Shown here in pieces: positions 38,224-48,072 of a stretch of 64,000 bases of DNA. Position 1 is the stretch's first letter; each line of letters starts with the position of its first letter. Source of the DNA: Gaiellaceae bacterium (GTDB taxonomy: Bacteria; Actinomycetota; Thermoleophilia; Gaiellales; Gaiellaceae); contig DATHDS010000032.1 in NCBI GenBank assembly GCA_035318925.1, forward strand, positions 5,993-69,992, read 5' to 3'. A model generated the notes under the pieces. The model ran no database searches. It was not told where the DNA came from and saw nothing but the letters and a program-made list of their open reading frames with translations. The position numbers and the translations under genes were made by a program.

Positions 38224-38340
38224 TTACCACTCCCAGTTCATGGGGCCGCCGAAGCTGTCGGTGTCCATGTAGCCGGCGACGAGGCCGACGAGGACGATGA
38301 TGAGAATCAGGGTGATCAGGCGGGGCTTCCACTCGAGCAT
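38224..38340 (-). CDS. possible 38-aa membrane peptide upstream of the GGDEF/HD-GYP gene
   Basis: Not in the track. The ATG is preceded by AAAGGGA. Translation: MLEWKPRLITLILIIVLVGLVAGYMDTDSFGGPMNWEW. It ends 27 nt before the GGDEF gene start. Confidence 0.4.
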   Translation of the reverse strand: MLEWKPRLITLILIIVLVGLVAGYMDTDSFGGPMNWEW

Positions 38341-38458
38341 TTGCTGTCCCTTTCAGGTTGATGTGCGGAGAGCGATTGTGCCCCGCACGCCCGCTCGAGC
38401 CATCACCCATTCGGGGGAACGTGATCTCGGCTCGAAAAGTCCCTGCTCGAAGCAGTTT

Positions 38459-39496
38459 TTAGAGGCCGGCTTCGGCGAGCGGTCGACGACCCCAGGCAAG
38501 CCGGTTCTGGTACCAGCCTGCAACCGGCGCGAGTGCGACGCCGTACCCCGAGGACTGAATCAGCCAGCCGTTTCCGAGGTAGATCGCCTCATGGTCGATC
38601 TGGGCGGGCCTCGCGCGCCGACCGCCGTTTCCGAAGAAGAGCAGATCCGCCGGAGCGAGCTGGGCGACCTTGATCCTCTTCCGGCGTGGAACCTCCCCGG
38701 CCATCGCGGCGGCAGTTCGACCGCGCAGCGTTGTCGCGAGCTGCGGCGCGCCGCGGTAGGACTGGAGCTTGTAGACCCGCCATGCGAACCCGGAGCAATC
38801 GAAGCCCCCGCGTGCCTGCACGCCGAACGGCGATTCGGCGAACTCGCTCTCTCCGCCCCAGACGTACGGGAAGCCGATGAAGCCGACGGCGGTCGTGAGC
38901 ACACGCCGCTGCCAGGGCGTGAGCATCGGGATCTCGAATGCGGCGGCGGCGTCCCGCACGTTCTGCGTTTCCCAGTCCGACAGGCGCAGGATCCGGGCTG
39001 CGGAGTACGCGACCTCCGCGCGCGGCGCAGGATCCGCGGGCAGCCGCTCGAGATCGTCCTGGCCGGCGGGGTGGTTCGTACGCAGGCCAAGCAGACGGGC
39101 GACGACCTCGGTGCCGAACCGGGCCGGTGGGTGCAGGCCTGCTCCTGCGGCTGCGTCGTAGAAGATCGTGGCCTCGGCGGCGAGGCCGAGCGCTCGGACG
39201 AGTTGCGCGTCGAGCTGGGCCATCGTCACCGGCGCTTCCGGGTTCGCCACCTCTTTCGGCGGCTCCTTGGTCAGGCTCGCAACGAGGTCTTGCAGCTCCG
39301 CGCGCGTGAGGGCGTCGTTCGGGCGGAAGGCGGCGACGGTGCGTGCCATCAGGCGGTGCGCGACGACGAGCCTGATCTGAGGCTGCGCCCACGACCGCTT
39401 CGACCCTGACGGAGAAGCGCCCGGCGAGACCCCGAGGCCGACGAGTAGGCATGAAACAAGAGCGAGAAGGCGCAGGCGTCCCACAGACCAACTCAT
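38459..39496 (-). CDS. secreted NlpC/P60 peptidoglycan hydrolase
   Basis: Signal peptide, then a C-terminal domain with PYVWGGES, GFDCSGFAWRVY (catalytic Cys) and IDHEAIYLGNG (His). Confidence 0.85.
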   Translation of the reverse strand: MSWSVGRLRLLALVSCLLVGLGVSPGASPSGSKRSWAQPQIRLVVAHRLMARTVAAFRPNDALTRAELQDLVASLTKEPPKEVANPEAPVTMAQLDAQLVRALGLAAEATIFYDAAAGAGLHPPARFGTEVVARLLGLRTNHPAGQDDLERLPADPAPRAEVAYSAARILRLSDWETQNVRDAAAAFEIPMLTPWQRRVLTTAVGFIGFPYVWGGESEFAESPFGVQARGGFDCSGFAWRVYKLQSYRGAPQLATTLRGRTAAAMAGEVPRRKRIKVAQLAPADLLFFGNGGRRARPAQIDHEAIYLGNGWLIQSSGYGVALAPVAGWYQNRLAWGRRPLAEAGL

Positions 39497-39531
39497 CGTC
39501 GGTTGTAGGGGACGCCTTTAGTCTCTACGGA

Positions 39532-39744
39532 GTGGAGATCGAGACCACGCCCGAGCCGACCACGGACGAGCGTGCGGCCCTGCTCGCCGTGCTCGCGTCA
39601 GCGCCGGACGGGCACACAGACCCCTATCGCAGCGTCTGGCGGCTCGCCGGGGTGCTCGAGAACGTCGAGCCCGGCGCCGACGCGCCGCTGGCCGCGCCCG
39701 CCGAGGGATCTCCACGCAGCAAGCCCGGCGCGAGCCGGGCGTAG
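39532..39744 (+). CDS. possible small protein resembling acyl-CoA carboxylase epsilon subunit
   Basis: TTPEPTTDERAALLAVLAS resembles the AccE/PccE N-terminal pattern, and GC3 is high. However, the last 120 nt overlap the 3' end of the convergent pgsA-like gene, so either this ORF or the pgsA tail may be non-coding. Confidence 0.25.
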   Translation: MEIETTPEPTTDERAALLAVLASAPDGHTDPYRSVWRLAGVLENVEPGADAPLAAPAEGSPRSKPGASRA

Positions 39745-40238
39745 TCGAGCCCTGAGATCCAGGTCAGCGCCAGCGCGATGCCGAGCCCCCACCTGGCGAT
39801 CGAGTTGTCGAACGCTCCGGCTGCGGCGAGCCCGCCCAGGCCTGCGGCGACGGCCTGCGTCCAGGTCTTGAGGCGCCCCAGGTCGCGGGCCTTGAGCACG
39901 ACGCCGCGCTCGAGTGCCGCGAGCCTGAGCCCCGAGATCAGAAGCTCGCGGGCCACGATCGCCGCCACCATCCAGGCCGGGAAGATGTCGCGGCCGACGA
40001 GGACGATCATCACGGTCAGAACGAGGAGCTTGTCGGCGATCGGATCAAGAAGCGACCCGAGCGCCGAGGAGCGACCGGTGCGCCGCGCCACGCGCCCGTC
40101 GAACCAGTCGGTCGCCATCGCGATCCCGAAGAGTGACGTTGCCCAGTAGTCGTGCCCGCTGAAATCCCAGACGTAGAGCACGACGACGAGCGGCACGACG
40201 GCCGCCCGCGCCAACGTCAGCTGATCGGCAAAGCTCAC
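39624..40238 (-). CDS. CDP-alcohol phosphatidyltransferase (PgsA-like)
   Basis: The GTG at 40238 is the chosen start. The DWFDGRVARRTGRSSALGSLLDPIADK signature (DGxxARxxxxxxxxGxxxDxxxD) is present, with about 5 TM segments. Confidence 0.8.
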   Translation of the reverse strand: MSFADQLTLARAAVVPLVVVLYVWDFSGHDYWATSLFGIAMATDWFDGRVARRTGRSSALGSLLDPIADKLLVLTVMIVLVGRDIFPAWMVAAIVARELLISGLRLAALERGVVLKARDLGRLKTWTQAVAAGLGGLAAAGAFDNSIARWGLGIALALTWISGLDYARLAPGLLRGDPSAGAASGASAPGSTFSSTPASRQTLR

Positions 40239-40260
40239 GGGCGGAGAGAATACGCCCGAG

Positions 40261-42026
<1,766 letters not shown>

Positions 42027-42030
<4 letters not shown>

Positions 42031-42893
42031 CGGAACGCCGGCCTTTCTGCTCCGACCTCTCACGCAAGAACGACGAGCCCCTGGCCGCGACCGCCAGCCG
42101 AATCGATCACTGGTTCCTGATCGAGTACCGAGGGCTCTGGACGAGCGACGCGCTGCCGGGAAGCGGGCTCTCGGATCAGGTCAAGCAGCACCTCCGCGAC
42201 CAGGTGGCCGCCGTGCCGAACGGCCGGCTCCTCTTCATCCGCCGACCCGATCGCAGGCGCCGGCCCGAGCTTGTCGCGTTCGCCGCCACCTCCAGGCCCG
42301 GCGAGGAGATCGTGACGCGGTTCGAGTTCGAGGCCTACGAGGATCTGCGCGGCGTCGACCTGCGTGCAGCCAGCAGGGCCGGACATCCGCTCTTCCTCGT
42401 CTGCACGCACGGCAAGCACGATCCGTGCTGCGCGCGCCATGGACGACCGCTCTACGAGGCGCTGCGGGACGAGCTCGACCCCGACTGGGCCTGGCAGGTG
42501 ACGCACATCGGGGGTGATCGTTTCGCCGGGAACCTCGTCTGCCTGCCGGAGGGGCTGTACTACGGGCGCGTCGACCGGGAGGCTGCTGCGTCAGTCCTGG
42601 ACGAGCACTTCGCGCGCCGCATCGCGTTCGACCATTACCGGGGCCGCTCGATCTACTCGTTCCCGATACAGGCGGCCGAGCGCAGCGTCAGGGAAGCGAC
42701 GGGGCTGACGGGAATTGACGACCTGTCGCTCGAGAAGGTCGACCAGCTCAACGGCTCGTGGGAGGTCGTCTTCGCGGCGGCCGGCCGTTCCCACGCGGTC
42801 CACGTCGAGTCGCACCGGGGTGACCTCACGCTCCTCACCTGCAGCTCCGACGGGCCAAAGAGGCCCCGCCGCTACGTCGTCACTCCGGGCTGA
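42027..42893 (+). CDS. sucrase/ferredoxin-like (thioredoxin-fold Fe-S) family protein
   Basis: The TTG at 42027 overlaps the accA stop. CTHGKHDPCCARHG and HIGGDRFAGN motifs are typical of the Suc_Fer-like family. Confidence 0.7.
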
Positions 42894-44130
42894 TCCGGAG
42901 GAAGCCCTCGCGCACGAGCCGGCGACCCAGCACGAGGCGCCCGGGCTCGTCCAGCCCCCCGGGCAGGTCGATGAGGCGGAACGGCTCGTCCGCAACGGCC
43001 ACGAACTCGAGCTCCGCGCCGATCCGCACCGGAAAGCGGAGCTCGCGGCCCTCGAAGCTGAGCGTCGCTTCCTGCTCGTCGGCGACGAGGTCGAAGATGA
43101 CGGTCTCCCGGCGCTCGAGCGGCGTCTCGACGCCGAGCTCCGCGACCCCGCGCACCTGGTCGAACGCGTCCTCGCGCACGGGGCGCCGCGTGCGGACGAA
43201 CTTGCGGCGCAACCGGGAGGAGACTGCCGAGGGCGAAAGCCGGGCGGCAAGAAGCTCCAGCAGCCGCTCCGAGGACGCTCCGTCGGCAGGCACGCCCCGG
43301 CGAAGATCGAACTCCTCCTCCGCAGTCTCGTCGAGCGCCGCGTGCAGCGCGTCCAGCCACGTCACGACGGAAACGCCGACGGTCATGTGCAGCGAGGCCG
43401 CGTCCGAGGTCATCGCCTGGTGCAGCCAGCCGCGCGGGAGGTACAGGGTGTCGCCGGCCTGCATCGTGACGTCGAGGATCGGCTCGCCGGGCCCGCCCAG
43501 CTCCGGCGTGTACTTCTGGCTGCGCAGCGGTAGTTCGAGGACGGGCGGATAGACGAGCCAGCGCTTCTCGCCCGCGACCTGGAGGCAGAAGACGTCGTGC
43601 GTGTCGTGGTGGACCTTGAACCCCTGGGCCGAGGTTGGCGTGTAGTAGGCGTTCGTCTGCGTGGGGTGACCGAGCTCCCGCTCGAGATCCCGGCAGAAGC
43701 GCGCGACCGGAAGGTGATGGACGTGCAGCGCCTGGAGCACGATCGTCGCGCCCCGCTCGAACTCCGCGGCGACTCGCTCGGTCTTCGCGGTTCCGGAGAA
43801 AGGCACCGGCGACCAGGAGATGTCCTCGGCATAGTCGCCGAGCGAGTACTTCTCGCCCTCCTTGACGACACGGAAGGCGGGATGCCGCAGCCCGCCGCCC
43901 GCCACGCGCTCCTCGACCTCTTCGACCGAGAGCAGGTCGTCGAAGCGCCCCTCCTCGTCGCGCGGAACGAGGAGGGGTTTCTGCTCCCAGTACTCGTCGA
44001 AGAACCGCTCGGCCTCGACGGGCCCGACGCAGCGCTCGAGAGCGCTATGTGTCTGTGTCGTCTGAATCGGAGTCCGTGCCGTCTGAATCGGAGTCCGTGC
44101 CGTCTGAGTCGGAATCCGTACCGTCCGCAT
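42880..44130 (-). CDS. JmjC/cupin-4 family Fe(II)/2-oxoglutarate oxygenase (RoxA/YcfD-like)
   Basis: FFDEYWEQKPLL and FKVHHDTHDVFCLQVAGEKRW (HxD facial triad region), with a later His in WLHQAM. The only canonical start is the ATG at 44130, which lies inside the acidic ORF in another frame. Confidence 0.75.
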   Translation of the reverse strand: MRTVRIPTQTARTPIQTARTPIQTTQTHSALERCVGPVEAERFFDEYWEQKPLLVPRDEEGRFDDLLSVEEVEERVAGGGLRHPAFRVVKEGEKYSLGDYAEDISWSPVPFSGTAKTERVAAEFERGATIVLQALHVHHLPVARFCRDLERELGHPTQTNAYYTPTSAQGFKVHHDTHDVFCLQVAGEKRWLVYPPVLELPLRSQKYTPELGGPGEPILDVTMQAGDTLYLPRGWLHQAMTSDAASLHMTVGVSVVTWLDALHAALDETAEEEFDLRRGVPADGASSERLLELLAARLSPSAVSSRLRRKFVRTRRPVREDAFDQVRGVAELGVETPLERRETVIFDLVADEQEATLSFEGRELRFPVRIGAELEFVAVADEPFRLIDLPGGLDEPGRLVLGRRLVREGFLRISPE

Positions 44131-44263
44131 CCGATCCGCCGCCGGTGTCCGTGCCGTCGCTGTCGCCGTCGGTGTCGTCCGTGTCGGCCTCGGCCGGCGT
44201 CTCGGACATGCTCGACCCGCCCCCGATCTCCTCTTCGCCCAGCGTGCTGTCGTGCTCGCTCAT
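44045..44263 (-). CDS. 72-aa acidic Asp/Thr/Ser/Gly repeat protein
   Basis: ATG at 44263 preceded by GAAGGAG, with high GC3. Translation: MSEHDSTLGEEEIGGGSSMSETPAEADTDDTDGDSDGTDTGGGSDADGTDSDSDGTDSDSDGTDSDSDDTDT. Confidence 0.5.
   Translation of the reverse strand: MSEHDSTLGEEEIGGGSSMSETPAEADTDDTDGDSDGTDTGGGSDADGTDSDSDGTDSDSDGTDSDSDDTDT
44060..44143. repeat. 21-nt tandem repeat, about 4 units
   Basis: GTCTGAATCGGAGTCCGTGCC appears twice exactly, then as GTCTGAGTCGGAATCCGTACC, then as a degenerate unit. On the minus strand it codes DGTDSDS in one frame and TARTPIQ in the other. Confidence 0.9.
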
Positions 44264-44315
44264 GCGGCTCCTTCTGTCGATGACCCCAGGACTCTAAGCT
44301 AGAGTCGCCCGCGCG

Positions 44316-45458
44316 GTGGACCTCTACGAGTACCAGGGCAAGGAGCTGTTCAAGCGGTTCGGCATCCCCGTCTCCGAGGGACGGCTCGCGACGACCGCTG
44401 AGCAAGCTCGCGCGGCCGCGGAGGAGATCGGCGGGCAGGTCGTCGTCAAGGCGCAGGTGCTGACGGGGGGGCGGGGAAAGGCCGGCGGGATCAAGCTCGC
44501 GGGCTCGCCCGACGAGGCCTCGCGTCACGCGGAGGCGATCCTCGGCCTGGACATCAACGGCCACGTCGTGCGCAAGCTCTGGATCGAGCAGGCCTCCGAC
44601 ATCGCGCACGAGTACTACCTGTCGGTCACGTTCGACCGCGGCGAGAAGCAGGCGCTCTTCATGCTCACGAAGGAGGGCGGGATCGAGATCGAGGAGGTCG
44701 CTTCGGAGCGGCCCGAGGCGCTCGCGCGCCTGCACGTCGACCCTCTCGAGGGCTTCCACCCCTACCAGGCGCGCCGTCTGATCTACGGAGCCGGAATCGA
44801 CGATCCGAACGAGCAGAAGCAGATCCTCGGCATCATCGGGCGCCTCTACGACGCCTTCGTCGGGGCTGACGCGATGCTCTGCGAGATCAACCCGCTGATC
44901 GTGACGCCGGAAGGCGAGGTGAGGGCGCTGGACTCGAAGTTCACGGTCGACGACAACGCGCTCTACAAGCATCCCGACATCGCGGATATGCGCGACCTCG
45001 AGGCCTACCCGCCCGAGGAGCGCGCGGCGCGCGAGAAGGGCGTCACCTACGTGAAGCTCGACGGCGAGGTCGGCATCCTCGGCAACGGCGCCGGGCTCGT
45101 CATGTCGACGCTGGACGTGATCGCCCTTGCGGGTGGACGGCCGGCGAACTTCTGCGATCTCGGCGGCGGCGGCGACGCACGGGGCGTTGTCGATGCGCTG
45201 GGGATCATCAGCGCCGACCCGCAGGTCAAGTCGATCCTGTTCAACATCTTCGGCGGCATCACCCGCGGCGACGAGGTCGCGCGCGGGATCCTCCAGGCGC
45301 TCGAAGAGATCTCGATCGAGGAGCCGATCGTCGTCCGACTGGACGGCACGAACGCCGAGGAGGGCAAGGCGCTGCTCACGGAGGGCGGCCCCGAGAACAT
45401 CCACGTCGAGTCGACGATGCTGGACGCGGCCAAGCGGGCCGTGGAGCTAGCGGGATGA
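44316..45458 (+). CDS. sucC: succinyl-CoA synthetase beta subunit
   Basis: MDLYEYQGKELF..VVVKAQVLTGGRGKAGGIKL is the canonical SucC N-terminus, and NIFGGITRGDEV is also present. Confidence 0.95.
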   Translation: MDLYEYQGKELFKRFGIPVSEGRLATTAEQARAAAEEIGGQVVVKAQVLTGGRGKAGGIKLAGSPDEASRHAEAILGLDINGHVVRKLWIEQASDIAHEYYLSVTFDRGEKQALFMLTKEGGIEIEEVASERPEALARLHVDPLEGFHPYQARRLIYGAGIDDPNEQKQILGIIGRLYDAFVGADAMLCEINPLIVTPEGEVRALDSKFTVDDNALYKHPDIADMRDLEAYPPEERAAREKGVTYVKLDGEVGILGNGAGLVMSTLDVIALAGGRPANFCDLGGGGDARGVVDALGIISADPQVKSILFNIFGGITRGDEVARGILQALEEISIEEPIVVRLDGTNAEEGKALLTEGGPENIHVESTMLDAAKRAVELAG

Positions 45459-46090
45459 CGGATCTGTGGTCCGAGCGCGCCGAGGCCTACCGCGAGAGCG
45501 ACGCGCATCGGCAAGGCCGCGATCTCGACCTCTTCGCCGAGTGGGCCGAGGGGGAGACAGCTCTAGACGTCGCCACGGGCGGCGGACACGTTGCACGGCG
45601 TCTTCGCGAGGCGGGGCTCAACGTCGTCACGACCGATGCTGCGCCGGGCATGAAGCCGGACGTCGTCAGCCGCGCCGAGGAGATTCCCTTCGCCGATGAG
45701 AGCTTCGACGTCGTCGCCTGCCGCATCGCAGTGCACCACTTCCAGGATCCGGCAGGCTCGTTGCAGGAGATGGCGCGGGTCAGCCGCTCGCTTGTGCTCA
45801 TCGCGGACAACTTGTTCATGGGTGAGCCCGGGGAGGAGGCCGACCGCCTGCGCGATCCCACACATGTGCGGAACTACAGCGAAGAGGAGTGGCGGCGCAT
45901 GTTCGACGAGGCCGGCCTCGAGGTGGAGGCCTTCGAACGTGAGGACAAACGGATCGATTTTCAGGCGTGGCTCGATCGGGCGGAGACGCCGCCCGAGGAT
46001 GCAGACCGCGTGCGCGAGCTTCTCGCCGACCGGATCGAGGACGGCAAGCTCAGGCTCGACCGCGGCATCTTCAAGGCGAGAAAGCTGTAA
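45455..46090 (+). CDS. class I SAM-dependent methyltransferase
   Basis: LDVATGGGHVARRL (motif I) and FDVVACRIAVHHF. The start overlaps the sucC stop (ATGA), and the stop overlaps the sucD start (TAATG). Confidence 0.8.
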   Translation: MTDLWSERAEAYRESDAHRQGRDLDLFAEWAEGETALDVATGGGHVARRLREAGLNVVTTDAAPGMKPDVVSRAEEIPFADESFDVVACRIAVHHFQDPAGSLQEMARVSRSLVLIADNLFMGEPGEEADRLRDPTHVRNYSEEEWRRMFDEAGLEVEAFEREDKRIDFQAWLDRAETPPEDADRVRELLADRIEDGKLRLDRGIFKARKL

Positions 46091-46968
46091 TGGCCATCAT
46101 CGTCACGGAGGAGACGCGGCTCGTCGTGCAGGGACTGACCGGAAGCGAAGGCTCGTTCCATGGCGTGCGCAACCGCGACTACGGCACGAACGTCGTGGCT
46201 GGAGTGACGCCGGGCAAGGGCGGCCAGGACGTCCAGGGCATCCCCGTCTTCGACACCGTCGCCGAGGCGGTGACCGAGGCCGGGGCGAACACGGCGATGG
46301 TGTTCGTCCCCGCACGGTTCGCGGCCGACGCGATCTACGAGGACATCGACGCCGGGATCGAGACGATCATCTGCATCGCCGAGGGCCTGCCCGCCCACGA
46401 GATGCTGCTGATCTACAACTACATGCGCCCGAAGGGGGTCACGCTGCTCGGGCCCAACTGCCCGGGAGCGCTGTCGCCCGGAAAAGCCAACGTCGGGATC
46501 ATCCCGGCAGAGGTCTTCCGCGAGGGCCGGATCGGGCTCGTCAGCCGCTCGGGCACGCTCACGTACCAGATCGGCTACGAGCTGGCTCAGCTCGGCCTCG
46601 GCAACTCGACGATCGTCGGCATCGGCGGCGATCCGGTCGTCGGCTCCTCGTTCATCGACATCCTCGCCAAGTTCGAGGCGGATGACGAGACCGAGGTCGT
46701 CGTCATGGTCGGCGAGATCGGCGGCGACGAGGAGGAGAAAGCGGCGCGCTACATCGACGCGGAGATGTCGAAGCCTGTCGTCGCGTACATCGCCGGCTTC
46801 ACCGCCCCGCCCGGCAAGACGATGGGCCACGCAGGCGCGATCATCTCCGGTTCTTCGGGAACCGCCCAGGCGAAGAAGGAAGCGCTGGAGGTCGTGGGCG
46901 TGAGGGTCGGCACGACGCCGACCGAGGTCGCCGAGCTCGCGGCCGAGACGGCAGCCGCCCGCGCCTAG
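46090..46968 (+). CDS. sucD: succinyl-CoA synthetase alpha subunit
   Basis: [22 protein letters not shown] and GHAGAIISG (catalytic His) motifs. Confidence 0.95.
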   Translation: MAIIVTEETRLVVQGLTGSEGSFHGVRNRDYGTNVVAGVTPGKGGQDVQGIPVFDTVAEAVTEAGANTAMVFVPARFAADAIYEDIDAGIETIICIAEGLPAHEMLLIYNYMRPKGVTLLGPNCPGALSPGKANVGIIPAEVFREGRIGLVSRSGTLTYQIGYELAQLGLGNSTIVGIGGDPVVGSSFIDILAKFEADDETEVVVMVGEIGGDEEEKAARYIDAEMSKPVVAYIAGFTAPPGKTMGHAGAIISGSSGTAQAKKEALEVVGVRVGTTPTEVAELAAETAAARA

Positions 46969-46988
46969 AGGGTTTGGCGAAAAAAACC
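46969..46988. repeat. GGGTTTGGCG-A-run motif, forward copy, directly after the sucD TAG
   Basis: cTAG-A-GGGTTTGGCG-AAAAAAACC. It is an inverted partner of 47664-47682 and is related to the ends of the element at 10438-10597. Confidence 0.7.
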
Positions 46989-47016
46989 GGCGCTTAAACC
47001 GACGCTTAGTACCGTT

Positions 47017-47253
47017 GTGGGCCTGGTGACGCGTCGTCTTGTGGCTCCTCTCGCCCTGAGCCTGCTCATTGCCTGCGTCTCGGTCTGGCAGGGGTCAATA
47101 GGTCCGCAGAACAAACAGGGCAAGGCCGTGTGCGAGTTCCGTAACCACTTCTTCTACTCTCCCACGCCGAATCCCACGCCCCAGTGGGATGCGTTGTTCG
47201 CTTCGGACTGCCCGTACAGCTCTCTAGATTGGCAATCACTAGGCCGCTGGTAG
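47017..47253 (+). CDS. possible small lipoprotein
   Basis: GTG start, a hydrophobic N-terminus with an LLIAC lipobox, and 4 Cys. The region has lower GC and there is no clear SD. Confidence 0.3.
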   Translation: MGLVTRRLVAPLALSLLIACVSVWQGSIGPQNKQGKAVCEFRNHFFYSPTPNPTPQWDALFASDCPYSSLDWQSLGRW

Positions 47254-47486
47254 CCAAAAATCTCGCGTCTATGCCGAGGTCGAAGAACGAGGGTGCGAAC
47301 CCGTTATCCCGCTCCGGGGTGCGAAGGCCAATCAGGTTGCCTTGCCGCTCGCGCTCGGCGGTCGGCTGTTCCCGCGCACCGGTCGGCAGACTGATCGGTT
47401 CGAGAGTCTCTACCGGGGCCGTGTCCCAGGCTCTCGCAAGAGCGCGGGCCGTTCCACTCGCGGCGTAACTGCCATACGATCGCTCC

Positions 47487-47663
47487 GTGTTTGTCAGCAT
47501 TCCGCACAGACTTTTCGTCTTGGTCTGGGCTATCGCGGCGATCGCGTTTACGCTCGCTCGCGAATGGGGGCCGGCGATTGTCATTACTGGCCTCCTCGCC
47601 TGGGTTCTTCTCGTCCGTGCGATCCAAAAGCGCGTCGCAAGGCGAAAGGCCAAGCTCTCGTAG
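47487..47663 (+). CDS. possible 58-aa two-helix membrane peptide
   Basis: Not in the track. GTG start. Translation: VFVSIPHRLFVLVWAIAAIAFTLAREWGPAIVITGLLAWVLLVRAIQKRVARRKAKLS. Confidence 0.35.
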   Translation: MFVSIPHRLFVLVWAIAAIAFTLAREWGPAIVITGLLAWVLLVRAIQKRVARRKAKLS

Positions 47664-47682
47664 TTTTTTGCGCCAAACCCAC
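47664..47682. repeat. GGGTTTGGCG-A-run motif, reverse copy, between two TAG stops
   Basis: The reverse complement reads TAG-GT-GGGTTTGGCG-CAAAAAA. It lies between the stop of the 58-aa ORF and the stop of the convergent 47683-48072 gene. Confidence 0.7.
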
Positions 47683-48072
47683 CTACCGGACGGTGACGCG
47701 AATCCGGGGCCTGCCGTACCGGGTCCGGTAACGCGGCCCCCACTGGGGCGCGCGGATCGTCCAGCGTCCGACTTTTCCGAAGCGGAAGGTGCCGGCCCAG
47801 ACAAAGCGGTTCTTCGTCCGGCGGACGACGACTCGGGAGACGCGCCCTGTCGGCGAGACGGCCTCGACCCTGAATGGATAGTTCACGTCCGCGGGCTCGA
47901 GCCTGCAGCAGGTGCCGTCCGGGCGGATGTACGGCGAGTAGGGCCTGAGTTGGATCGTCGCCTGCGCGCCTTTCTTCGGCACGGCCGGCAGCACGGAGAG
48001 CTTCACCTCGAGCGCAGCGGCCGCCGCGGTGGGTGCGACGAGGGCAAGCAGCGTGGCGGCCAGGAGTCTCAT
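47683..48072 (-). CDS. secreted hypothetical protein (129 aa)
   Basis: Signal peptide MRLLAATLLALVAPTAAAAA and good GC3. I recognise no family. Confidence 0.55.
   Translation of the reverse strand: MRLLAATLLALVAPTAAAAALEVKLSVLPAVPKKGAQATIQLRPYSPYIRPDGTCCRLEPADVNYPFRVEAVSPTGRVSRVVVRRTKNRFVWAGTFRFGKVGRWTIRAPQWGPRYRTRYGRPRIRVTVR

Noticed and set aside
47380-47420. GGTTCGAGAGTC, a T-arm-like string suggesting a tRNA or tmRNA in the lower-GC segment
   Set aside because: I could not build an acceptor stem, an anticodon arm or a CCA-proximal pairing around it on either strand. No RNase P, SRP or tmRNA signature strings were seen either.
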